From Ruditapes philippinarum (taxonomy: Eukaryota), in contig NW_026855528.1 of the NCBI RefSeq assembly GCF_026571515.1, positions 310,001 through 374,000 of the forward strand: a stretch of 64,000 nucleotides of DNA. The letters are read 5' to 3'. The notes under the pieces were generated by a model that saw only the letters and a list, made by a program, of their open reading frames with translations, made no database searches and was not told where the DNA came from. Of the stretch, positions 1-12,334 are shown piece by piece. The first letter of the stretch is position 1, and every line of letters starts with the position of its first letter. The translations under genes and the position numbers were made by a program.

Positions 1-435
1 AGCTGGTGTTCACGAATGAACTATATTTCATTCTTATATGTAAAAGAAATAATTTTTTTATTTCATGCTAAGTATTTTTTAATAGATTTTGCCGCGTAAC
101 ATCGTGCATTCTCCTTTATGACGTCATTAAATCATGAATTCACATCATCATGATTGAAATATAGTTATGTTAAATTTTGTTACATTTTAACATGATGTAT
201 GATGACACCGGCTTTCTTTTACTAAAGATGCAAACTTTACGTATGTCGGCCCGTTATTTATTTATTTTGTTTATTTATTTTTGCCCGTTAGTCCATTTAG
301 TTATATTTGTCTATTCATCCGCATTCAGATATAGTCCGGCTACAGTGAACATTATATTTTATAGATTTCACTAGTGGTTTATCAGAATATAATCATCTGA
401 TATATTACAGTAAAATACTGGAAAGCAGAAATAAA

Positions 436-590
436 CATGTACATGAAACAAGTCTATCATACATGTACATGAAATAAGTCTATCATACATGTACATGAAA
501 TAAGTCGATCATACGTGTATATGAAATAAGTCGATCATACGTGTACATGAAATAAGTCTATCATACATGTACATGAAATAAGTCGATCAC
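436..590. repeat. 26-bp minisatellite (CATGTACATGAAATAAGTCTATCATA), about 6 copies
   Basis: Tandem units directly visible; a shorter copy lies at about 12336-12440 at the start of the duplicated block. Confidence 0.85.
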
Positions 591-1071
591 AAGTCGTGAT
601 TATGTTGAGAAAATTGATCGGACACTAGACGTTAAACAAATCTTGCACTGTTGTTCAAAGTTACATGTAACTTTATTATTCAATGTATGTAAATTATATT
701 CGAGCTCAATGTCAGTATCGTGTGATGTTTTTCTTCTCCTTTTCTAACACATGTTTCACTAATAAAGCAATTGTGCGAACTTCTCTGTTAACTCAATTAA
801 TCTTTGTATACAGTAAATTATTTCCTTAAATAGGTTAAATAATAATATCATATATATTTTATAATCGATCCTCGATAAATTCTCCGGTTTAGTTTACAAT
901 GAAACAATGCAGCTAAGAACAATTAATGTTTTTTTTTTCTTTTATTATTAACAATTTGAGTGTATCGTGAACTGTTTAGGGACAATACTTCCTTTTTTAT
1001 AACAATCGGATTTATACATATATAAAGAATCATTTTTATATTTTACTTCATTTAATTGGATAAACATCGGA

Positions 1072-4000
1072 ATGGGAATTTACTGTTTTATGTGCCTTCT
1101 ATGGTTTATTAGAGGTATCTACACTTCTATTGTATCTTGAACAGAATACTTTAAATATGTAGAATGACTTTTTGTCCCATTATATTCCATGTATGTTTAA
1201 TTCAAATTATTTTCAAGATAAATATAAAAAGTTGTTTTTTATAGCTTTGAATGTTCCAGTAAAGAGAGAAATTAGTTTAAGCATATACCTTTTGTAATTG
1301 AATTTTAAATAAGTCATCTTAAAGATATACTATGCTCAATTTTGATATATTTCAAAATATCAATAATTGCTACATATTTTCTAATTCTGTAATTGTAAAA
1401 CGAACATGTGTTAAATTAACATAGAGTAGACATGTCACGTTTAGAACTCTAAAAACTATAAGTAAACATAATATGAATACATACCGGCAGTTCATTACAA
1501 AATACTTTTTTCAGTAAGTACAATCTTAGCTTGACTTGTTAAAAGGAATGCTGTATCCCTGCGTTCTTTTGTTCAAATTAGACATCATCATGATTTTTTT
1601 TTATATTTTATCACGGATTTATATTACATTTAAAAGATATGTATGGACATCACATGTAGGTGACATAGTGCTAAGGATATTAATTTGATCCCTTTACAAA
1701 AGTGATTAAACATTACTACTCTTCTGATCCTTGTTGTATAAAAAGCTATGAATTCGGTATCGCATGCATGCATTATTTCATCTGTTATCACATACTTTGT
1801 TATCACTTCAATATATACATTATAAATGAACATTAAAATGTAAATCCGTGATTTCATTAATTTCTGTAATGAAACAATTTTATTCCCATATTGGCATAGT
1901 ATATCTTAAATTGTATGATATTATGCACAAATATATACATATGTTATACATATTTTCAATCAAAGTTTTAAACTGCAATAGCTTGACGCTGTGTGTAATG
2001 ATACAGTTTGATAGCAGGATGAATGTGATTATGTTGATTCTCAAACATTCCACTATTAGGTCCTCTTAAATCTTGATTCTGTTCTATATGTCTGATATAA
2101 TAAGGCAATTATTTTTTCAGGCACTCAGTGTAAATCATTTTGTGGACCCAGAACAATACCTAGTACGTATAGTTTAGTAAATGTAAGACTTAAAAAACTA
2201 GCTATTTTCCATCTCAGCAGACAATCATTATCATTTAATTTTATACAAAATTAGTAAGAAGTAAACTACATTTCCTGTAAAAGGAATTGAAAATTAATGC
2301 TTCTCTAATTTGTGAACGGTTTCAATAGTTTATAATGTAAAGGAAATTAAAAATGTTCCTTTAATAAGTCACTGATTTTTATGTCAATTGTTCAAATAAG
2401 ATTTGTATTATTGTTGACCTAATCTGTCACGACTGTTGATCTTTTTAACATTGATTTAATAAAATGGCAGAATATTGATGCATTGAAATGGTTGTGGCGT
2501 AGTTTTCATATATTTCCGGAAAACCTGGTGTATGTTAGTTTACATAGATTAATCGAGAAAATGAAACTGTATGTAGCCTACGTTTAGATATTCGACATAT
2601 AACTGTCTAGTGGAGGTCTTCTCAAGTTATATGGAGTTGCCCAAGTTTGACCCAGTGACTGAGTTCATGACCCTATATTTTTTCAAACTTATCACTAAAT
2701 TGATTTTAATCTATTCTGTCTTCAATATGTGAGGCTAAATCTTTATTTCTGATGATTAAAATCAATAAATTCATGTTTATTATCTCAATAAAATGCTTTT
2801 GTCGTTATAATGAGGAAATGTCGGAAGTCTTGATATTTGAACGATTTAATAAATTATTCTTCCCGAAAGTTTATATTGTAAATGTTACGAAGTCAAGTTT
2901 CTATTTTGGTTATGTACAATGCACACACAGGAAGTTTAAAATAGAAGATAAGAATGGCTATATTTTTTAATATGATTGAAAAGAATCATGAAAGCATATA
3001 TTTCTATTCATAATAAATATTTAAAAATGAGAAAAGCTGGCAGGCATAGTTCTTGTACAGTGTCGATGATCATTTACATGGTCTTCTGCATTTATGTTCA
3101 CCCGAGCATTACATATCCGTAAAGATATTCACCTCTGTAACATCGAAAACCTGAGATATGGAATACTTTGAAAATAGCCTATTTCAGTTTCACATTTTCT
3201 TAATCAAACTTTTTAACTTTATTTAAAGGTTTATAAAACATTTCTTAAGGTACAGCGTTTTACACTTAAAAACGCGCACGGGGCACTTTGAACAATGTTA
3301 AGTTAATAGATTTTGTTAAAAAGTTCATGACACACTCAGACAAAGTTGTTACTTCTAAATCATGCAGACACTTCAATCAAGTGTTTACGAACGATTTGTT
3401 TTCGATGACTTAAAATGTTTCATGATGGTGTTAAAATATTATCGTGAACGATCTACAACAGGCATAAGTGGAACATGGGTTTGAGGTAAAACGATGTGCT
3501 TTAAGAGATCGACGACAAGGAGAGGATATTGCTGACATTCTTGGTTTCAGTCACGGAGTCGTAATATTATTTAAATATACAAAGTTCTACCCAAGTACGT
3601 TTCTCTGCTGTTGACAAGTGAAAATATTATTGAATAGAACAAAATAGGAATTCATGAGGCTATAGGAGAAGGTCGTTGATATAGTTCTAGCCAGCCTTAT
3701 CACGCATTTACGCACGCAAACACGCACCAACAAACACACACACACGCACCAACACACGTACGTACGCACGCACGCACGCACGCACACACACACAGACACA
3801 CACACACATACACACACAAACTGTGTTTAATTTAATGGCCCCTAAGGCAAAGGCAAGCCGTCATTGTTCATGGTTTGGATACACAAGTCGTCTCGATCAC
3901 CTTAGAAAGCAAGGGCTACAAAATCATCCTAGTATAGTCTCGATCACCTTAGAAAGCAAGGGCTACAAAATCATCCTAGTATAGTAGAAAGTGACAAATA

Positions 4001-7000
4001 TTTGCAGTAAGTGTAACGTCATTTAATCGACGACGCCAGATGACGTTCCAATGTGCCCCGTGTACTCGATAATGTATGCGCAATAATAAACCTCGTGTAT
4101 TTATATTTTGTTCATTTATTCAAATGTTTACAACATTAAACGATTTAACATTACATCTTTCCTGTCGTATACCGATATCTTTTTCTCAAGTTTCGCGCCG
4201 TTATAATGGATAATCGCTTCAGTCCGGGAACTTTCTGACTATACCGCGTATTAGTGTCAAAAAAGGAAATACTTATGCTCAACCGATTTTCATGTCTATC
4301 TAAGTTATTTTGTGAAAAAAATGTCCCTTTACCTACAAAACAAGCTGTGTAAAATTTACCAAACATATGCATTATCTCTAATTTACCTTATAATACAGAC
4401 AATACAATTATTTTGATAAAACAAACTGTGTTCATTTGAGCTCCTGTCATACACACTTTGATAACTTTAATTTGTTTGCTTATCCTATAAAATGAAACAT
4501 TTTCTCTTTTTGGTTTAAATTTGTAACTTGAATAAGACAGATGAAACAATCTACGATCATTTTCTTACAGTTGTAAATATCTGCACAGATCACTTAGTAG
4601 AGCAATCAAACTACATCCTTATTGATACAGCAAGTGTTCAAGATTTCCAACAAACGCCATGTGAATGTGTTATTTTAACAAATAAACAAGAACTTGAAAT
4701 CACTTTGTTGTTAGAAAATTCCACTCAAGTGTTCAACATGGAATTTGAAATAAACGAAACTGTCATAAACAATATCAAACATTATTATCCTACAAGGATT
4801 AAAAATGGTACAACAATTTCATTTTCAACTGATAAAAATCACAAACGAGATGGTGCGTGTCTCGGTGTTTTTTCAAGTAAGTATTCGTCACACATAAGTA
4901 TAAAATTAACAGTGTTACTTTATTATAATGTTTTACAGTTTTGTTGGCTTTGTTAATGTGCATTGTATATCTTTCATGATTATTTAGTGTTTGAAATGAA
5001 AAATACAATAGGATTCAGCTTTAAAATTATGTTATGCATATTTTATTTATTTCGAAGATTATAAAATTCCATATTTCAGGAATTAAATTTTGATAATGAT
5101 AATCGTATTTTCAATAATTTGCTGTTTTCTCGTTTCTTTAGAGGATCAATCAAAGTTCAGTATTGCTTGTAATAAATCAACTCTAAACTCAAACCAAGGA
5201 AAAGAAAGCGAGGGAAATGAAAACACAAGTCCGAGTAAGTTAAAACAGACTTATTTGACAAGATAAAAACTGTTTGTGATTGTCTTTATTTTAACATTTT
5301 ACATATTGTCTCCGAGGATATGTATTAAAAGTCTAAATAAAATATCTAAATGATATGTCAGCAATTCACAAAGACATTCGAAAGGTCTTAAGCGTCAATT
5401 TTTTTCCTATCCAGTTTTTAATTTTTTTTTTTTGACAAACATGTTAAGTAAGTATTTTAATTGACATTTTACCCATCCAACTCAAGTGTAAATGGGGAGT
5501 GTATACAAATGTAGGTAAGTCTCAAAATAACTTGAAATGTTTAATTTTATATTTTAATAGGAAAAAATAATAAAAAATAAACGCGGCTCTCGGAAATTTT
5601 CTATACTTATCGCTCGGGATATATCGGTAGCGTTTAATTTACAAAAAATAGGCTAAGGTAGTTTTTGTATATTATCCTGAACATTTTTCAATATCAATCA
5701 TTGTTCAATCGCTATTATTACAGTCACGGTTTTGAAATATATTACTTATTCCGCTGAACTTTACATGATTTATAGAAATGGAATACTTTTAATATTTTGT
5801 ATAATTTACAAATGAAACACATTTTATTATTTATATTTTTCAAATAAATCGATATTTATTTTGTTCTAAAATGATATATGTTTATGAATTACAAGATAAC
5901 AATAACCTTAACTAATCTTCTATTTCATATAAACATATTTCATGAGTTGTCAATTCATTGATATGTAAGAAGTAAATATTTTATTATTTAATAGCAATTT
6001 AAAATAAAAACTAATAAATTAAACTAATTATTTTGAATGTACTTAACATATATTTGATGGTTTGATTCATAACATTAAGGGGTGAAGATGGAATACCACT
6101 TAAGCCGGTATCAGGGGTCGTGAGAGATGTTGCACTTTTCCATTATACCTAAACTAATTTTGTTTAGTTCACAAAGCACTATATCATATAACAATAGATG
6201 TGTAATAAAGAATCTTATGGAGACACTATCTTTTAGCATGAATCTGGACACTAAATATTGTAAAATTACATTTTTTGCGGGGGATAGAACTTTTTTCAAC
6301 ATTTCAGTTACGGAAGCAATGAAAGAAACAATACAATCCACTCCAGCATCCATATCAAATGGAAATGAAACAACCGAGCGTACAACTTTAAAACCTACTC
6401 ATTCTACGATGCAAGCTTTAACTGATAAAGTGGATGGAGACAACCATATTAAAAGTTTGTTTAAAAATACTTACGAGTAAATTTAAGAGTCATTTTTGTC
6501 CTAGTCACTAACTGTGCAAAACATACCCTTCTTTAGCAGTCAATCAAATGTAATGATTATCGTCTCTTGGGTTCTGTTGGTTTAACTGGACTGAATCTGA
6601 CAGATGATAAAATTAGAAATACTTGTTTAATTAAACATCAAAATCATGAATCAAAATGCGGAAAGTAGGTAATAACAGAATAATTTCTTGTCAATTTTGA
6701 TCATTCTGTACATACCTAAACAATAACAAAAATATTGACATTACATGAGTATCATATCCCATAGTCAAGTGTCTTAAGCCGATGCGTCAATCGAGATAGC
6801 CATCATATAAATGAGGCAGACTTTAATATAACTAACATAGTTTTTTGTTTTATAAAAAAAAAACATTTTTGAATATCATTCATTGTCCAATCTCTATTTT
6901 AAAAGTCACTCCTTTGAGAATTCTTTTCAAACATTTCATGTACGAAAATAACAGAAGAAACAACAAGACAAGCAAGCTCAGCATCTATATCACGTGGAAG

Positions 7001-8903
7001 CCAAACAACCGAGAGTACAACTTTAAAACATCTTTATTCTACGATGCAACCTTCAACGGATAACGTGAACGTCAACCCTATTATCAGTTTGTTTAAAACA
7101 TTACTTTTGAAGTTAATCTAGAAGTAAACATTTTTCTACTTATTACAGTCAACTCTACTTACAACGAGATCAGTTTTGACGAGATACTGCTTATAGAATA
7201 CATTCTACTGTGTCCCGGCCTTTTTCCTTCTATCTACTTTCTTGTTATATCGTTTATAACGAGATCGGTTTTAGCGAGATATCGGTTACAACGTCAATAT
7301 ATTTGATGTCCCATGCGTATTGTTTAGAATTTAAACGAGGACACTTCATTGGCACTTCGTCGGCATCAGTTTGTCATCTTGAGAAAAAAATGGTGACTTA
7401 AAACAAAAGACAATTAAGGAAGAAATTGAAATTTCTGAACAATTAGCGCCTTGTTTGTCAGCCCTACGGGCTAAATCGTCCTTTAGGTTACAAAATGTCA
7501 TAACAAAACAATTCTATTGAGTGATTGGCACAAAGGAAGCGACATATTTCTTGTAGTGTTATTCGCTGTTCGTGAGTGACTTTTGAAAACGAACTTTAAA
7601 ATGTACTTATTAATAAAAATCCAGGTTGTTGAACGTAGCATTATGTGTTTTCATATGTTTTGTTAAAATTCTATGATAACTTGATATATTTATATACATG
7701 TATGTTTAAATAAAACAAATACTGCTGAGTGCAAAGAGATATCTCGCATTTTATATTTTTTTAAAAAGGATGTTCTCGAAAGCGAAAGTAGAAATAAATG
7801 ATGCTCGATAGTGTCGGATTTCACAATTTGTAATGACCCGGTTAGAACGAGGAGGACAGTCTTGTTGTTTCTGGAGTGCACTTTATTTAAATATTGTGAC
7901 ACACAAAAAGCCTTTTTTTGCAATTCAAATAGATTAAACTATGAGCATTTACACTATCATTCCTGCAATATTTGAATTTTGTTCAAAACACATATTTTTA
8001 GTTTGAATAAAATTACCTTTATCTGTTTAAACTTCCAGTTCCTTCAGTGATAGCAGCTTGCGGACTTCTATGTTCAATTGTTATTGCTGTTGTATGCGTT
8101 ATCTTCTACATAAGGTAAAGTTAACTTACACTCGTACACTTACAAAAATGTGTTGAATTCTTAAATATTTTATGATAAGTTTAACATTGGCATATGGTTG
8201 AAACGTTAAAATTTATATGTTATCTTTTTTAATAAAACTAAACTGTCATAATGGCGTGAATGCAGTTTTGTGTACATAACTAATGAATAATAATGAATAA
8301 CGTAAATATACTCGTACTTTATAATAATGCAAAACTATTTTATCAATAAGCTAATTTTATTGATTTGTGAACATATATTCTGTTTTTTGTAGGAGAAAGA
8401 AAGGAAAGCGAAGAAATGCCACTACAGTAAGCTCCACAAACGCACCTGTAGAGAGTGACTATTATATGACTGAAAATGCGATGTACAATATGGGCCAGAT
8501 ATGCACGCGAGAAACAATCAATGAAAACGAACACAACGATGTTTACAATTATCACGGAGCATCCCCAAGCCATTATGATTGTATTCAAGACACAACTGGC
8601 AGAAACCAATCTTCTAAAAACTCACCAAGCCATGCTGTGTCAAACGAGTATTCAACGTGTCTAAAAGTAGGCAAAGGAAGTGATGTTGTCTCAAACAATA
8701 AACGGTCGATTATTGATAACGAAGTGCAACCAAAATTTTCAGGAATTAATGGAGACGATGACACAGTATATGACAGTACAGTGTCAACTTTTTCTCAGCA
8801 GACAGTCGGAGATAATGATTATCATCATTTGGGCTCTGTTGGTTTGAATGGACTGAATTTGACATATGACAGAATTGGAAATACTGGCTTAGGTAGACAT
8901 TAA
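1072..8903 (+). CDS. Receptor R1: uncharacterised type I membrane protein with six-Cys ectodomain, Ser/Thr stalk and Tyr-motif tail (about 405 aa)
   Basis: join(1072..1114, 2121..2162, 4571..4876, 5142..5234, 6308..6454, 8039..8114, 8393..8903). All introns are GT-AG, phases 1,1,1,1,1,2, total 1218 nt in frame. Signal MGIYCFMCLLWFIRGTQC; ectodomain SFCG..IVNICTD..YILIDT..CECVIL..GACLGVF..FSIAC; TM IPSVIAACGLLCSIVIAVVCVIFYI followed by RRKKGKRR; tail SHYDCI, TVYDST, NDYHHL, LTYDRI. Exon organisation matches three paralogs. Confidence 0.8.
3709..3817. repeat. (CA)n/(CACG)n microsatellite; shorter paralogous copy at about 15450-15495
   Basis: Directly visible; explains the spurious CV-repeat ORF 3587..3817. 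Confidence 0.95.
6510..6805 (+). pseudogene. Relic of the 3' end of a receptor terminal exon plus 3' UTR, inside an R1 intron
   Basis: Reads QSIKCNDYRLLGSVGLTGLNLTDDKIRNTCLIKH, versus the R1 C-terminus QTVGDNDYHHLGSVGLNGLNLTYDRIGNTGLGRH. DNA similarity continues into the UTR (ttcttgtcaattttgatcattctgtacatacct vs ttcttgtcaatattgattattctgttcatacct at about 8940). Confidence 0.8.
6940..7086 (+). pseudogene. Second, paralogous stalk exon with a mutated acceptor (possible cryptic cassette exon 6955..7086)
   Basis: Open frame TKITEETTRQASSASISRGSQTTESTTLKHLYSTMQPSTDNVNVNPII aligns with stalk exon 6308..6454 and has the same GTTTGT donor. The acceptor catttcag has become catttcat. An in-phase AG exists at 6953-6954 but has a poor pyrimidine tract. 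Confidence 0.7.
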
Positions 8904-9520
8904 ACATTGTGTTTTTTAGGAATATGGATAATCATCTTTTCTTGTCAATATTGATTATTCTGTTCATACCTGAAAAACAGTTAATATTAGATAAACATCA
9001 TATCTCAAAGTAGAGTGACCTCATCCAGTACGTAAGCCGAGATGGCCATCACGGGTGAAGTTCTATTGCTACCCTAAATCATTGAAGGTATTATATTATC
9101 ATTTTCAGTCACAACAACAGGTATCAACGGCATATGATAGGGAATATAGTGAAAAAATAACATAACATATATCATTTGTATGTAAAAGCATGATGTCAGC
9201 GATCTGAAATTTCGTATCAATCATGTATATAAATCACCTCTTCATAACCATAAAATGATTTTTTTTGTAGTCAATACGGCTCAAAACTAGATATCATTGT
9301 AAAGTCAACAGGTTTTCAAGACATCACTGAAGATATTATGATTAAGTAAAATTATTATTTACCTGAAAGTAATGAGATAAAGATGTATGTGCAAATTAAC
9401 AGATAAATACAAGAAATGTCAACAGCACCTCAGACACCTATCTTTAAAGTCATATATCCAATAGACAATAGTTTCGTTTAGTTTTTTATCGATGTCCCTT
9501 GAACCAAAGATTCATTATCA

Positions 9521-9530
9521 GGGACTTTCC
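9521..9530 (+). promoter_or_regulatory. Canonical NF-kB/Rel site GGGACTTTCC
   Basis: Exact match to the classic kB decamer, between R1 and R2. Function is untested. Confidence 0.25.
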
Positions 9531-10679
9531 TTTTAAGCTTTCAGAATGCACATGAGAAAACGTTTAGGAAAAACAAGACCTTGAGCAGAAAAGTTGAGTT
9601 AGATACATTTTATGCATTGATAGCAAGTAATGTAGATTTGGCAAAATATGTTTCGAGTTGTATATTTAGTCATACAAATAATAAGAATGGAAAATTAAGT
9701 TTTTTATCATATACCATCATCGTTGTTTTAATTTTCTGCCACATTCACAAAGTACACACGTATATTTTCTATCTAGTCACTGATAATAACGGTGTGAATG
9801 TCTTTTATAATTTTATTATTCACCTTCTATATTATACAAATATATGTGTCAATTTGCATTGATATTGATTGTTTACCACTCCGGTAATTGAAATTTCAGG
9901 AATCCTATAACAACATGTCATAAATCATACACAACAATTTTCACTTCCAGATCGGATTGGATTTACTCCTTATTCGGAGATAACTGGTCTAGAACATGTT
10001 ACATATTTACCTACTATAGTAGATAATGGAAAAATATTGATATAGATTATGTCTAGCTACATGTCTTAGTATTGAATGGATAAGCATTTGAAAAAAAACA
10101 ACAACAACGGAAAATAATAAAACTTGATATAAGTTTATACAGAATTTTATGATATATATTGTCCATCCTACCTCGGAATTGTTGTGTTCTTCCGTTTCCT
10201 GTTTATTTTTTTATGAAATATAATTTACAAAAAAAATGTAATTCGATTGTAAACAAAACTTTAAGCTTATCAACTTACTGATCCGCTATTGAAGCAATCG
10301 GTACTAAACAATGGGTGTTAAGATTTTTTTGCTCAAAGAAACAACCGCCTGCACCTCAATGGTTTGAATCCACTCGACAATCATTAGATTACCTGTTGAC
10401 TTAGCCAACGGGCACTTTGTTACTTTTTTGCCGGGGTATTGGCTTGAACGTTATAACACATTTCAATATATCTATACAATCCAGCATTAAAGTTGATAAC
10501 CATACACATTGTACATATTTTTCATTTGATAAAATATCTTCAACCACTTGTACAAGTCATTTTGGCATAACATATTTATTTATTAAATTTTTGTAACAGC
10601 CCAATGTAAAAGTGTATCATGTTTTGATATATTGCACAACAGTTTAATAACAAGCAATTATCATAGTATTGCAAGCAAT

Positions 10680-12040
10680 CCATAAGTCCCCTACCGGTAA
10701 GAACCCCAGCAACATTCTGAAGGGTCATTGGCCATTCACTTGTGTTTCTATTTTAAGTAAATTTGTTGAAAAAGTTCATTAAAAGTGATCACAGGAAACA
10801 GTTTTATGTACAGCTTGAAGGACACTCGGATAATATTTTTTTAAACATCACTGTTATCAAAAGATAACATTTTTAAAAGCAAAATTCTTTAAAAGAAGAT
10901 AACTCTTGAAATAATGATGCAAGACGTCACACATAATGCGAGTGTTGTTACAAAGAACAATTAGTAATGAAGGTGTTGATAATGAATGTCTATTTTGAAT
11001 TTCTAGTAAAAGAAAGTTAAAAGAATGAATAAGAAAAATTCAAAGTTTAAATTGGAAATAATTCTGGAAATACGGATGCTAGATTTATAAACCTTGTCAT
11101 TATTATTATGATGTGGGAGTTTGAAGAAAATCCTATAATGATTTAAGAAGTTGGAGTAAAAATTACCAATTTCTCGAAAAAAGTCTTAAGTTCAAAAGCG
11201 GCATAATTCCTAAAATAGTCTTGCTAGAGTATTGAACTTTCTCACAAATGTTGAGTGATAATAAGAAACATATATATGAAGTTTGAAGAAGATACATTAA
11301 GAAAAAAAGAAATTATTTGAAAAAAATATTTTTTTTCATGAAAATTCTAAGTTCAAGGGAGAAAATTCTGATAAATCTTGCGCTACAGTTGTAAACCTTG
11401 TCACATATGGTCTGGTTGATGACTGGAAACTTAAATTTGAAGTTTGAAGAAAATACCTTTAGAAATAAAGAACTAATAGCAAAAAAACGTAAAAACTAGA
11501 ATCAGAAATCTTGAAATTCAGTCTATTTGTTGCCATAGCAACCAGAATTTTCAACATAGGAAGAAAAGAAAAGGATGTACATAATCTCTTGACTGCCATC
11601 TACCCATATTTTAAGTTTCATAAAAATATTTTCAGTACTTTTTGCGTTATCAATTGATCAAGGTTATGTGTAAAATTTGCAATATTTTCAATCTATTTGT
11701 TGCCATAGCAACCAGAATTTTCAACATAGGAAGAAAAGAAAAAGGTGTGCTTAATTTGCATACTACCATCTATCCATATTTCAAGTTTCATAAAAATATT
11801 TTCAGTACTTTTTGCTTTATCACTGGATCCAGGTTATGTGTAAAATTTGCCATATTTTCAGTCTATTTGTTGCCATAACAACCAGAATTTTCAACATAGG
11901 AAGACAAGAAAACGACGTGCATAATCTCCATACTGCCATCTATCCATATATCAAGTTTCATAAAAATATTTTCAGTTTTTTTTTGCATTATCGCGGGATC
12001 CATTTTTGTGGACGGACGACCGGTAGGGGAGTGAAAATCT
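10680..12040. mobile_element. Non-autonomous Helentron/HINE-like element with an internal 170-bp tandem repeat (about 11510-12000, about 2.9 copies)
   Basis: Inverted CCCCTACCGGT / ACCGGTAGGGG near the ends, GGACGGACG motif near the right end, repeat units starting at 11521, 11691 and 11861. Confidence 0.6.
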
Positions 12041-12334
12041 AGTATCGTATCAAGATGTAAGTAACCAATTTTACAAATAATTCTATGCTTATCCTGGTTA
12101 TAGACAAAACGAAGCATAAATTACATTCTATGACAAGACGTTAAAAGGATGGTACCATTACAGTGTTTGATGACAAAAGTTAAGGTAGCAGGACATTGCA
12201 TGTTAGTGTTGCAAACACAGCGTTATATAACGAATTGTTACAAAATGACAGCTGGTATTGTAAAACAACCAACTCCCTTGCATAACACAGTGCAGCGTTT
12301 TGTTACAGACGAGCTAAATATAGGTACATAATTA

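Noticed and set aside
3587-3817. Cys-Val repeat ORF
   Set aside because: Translation of a (CA)n microsatellite.
10026-10090. Possible relic signal exon (MEKY*YRLCLATCLSIEWIS) resembling R3 exon 1
   Set aside because: In-frame stop, no donor site, and similarity too short to distinguish from chance.
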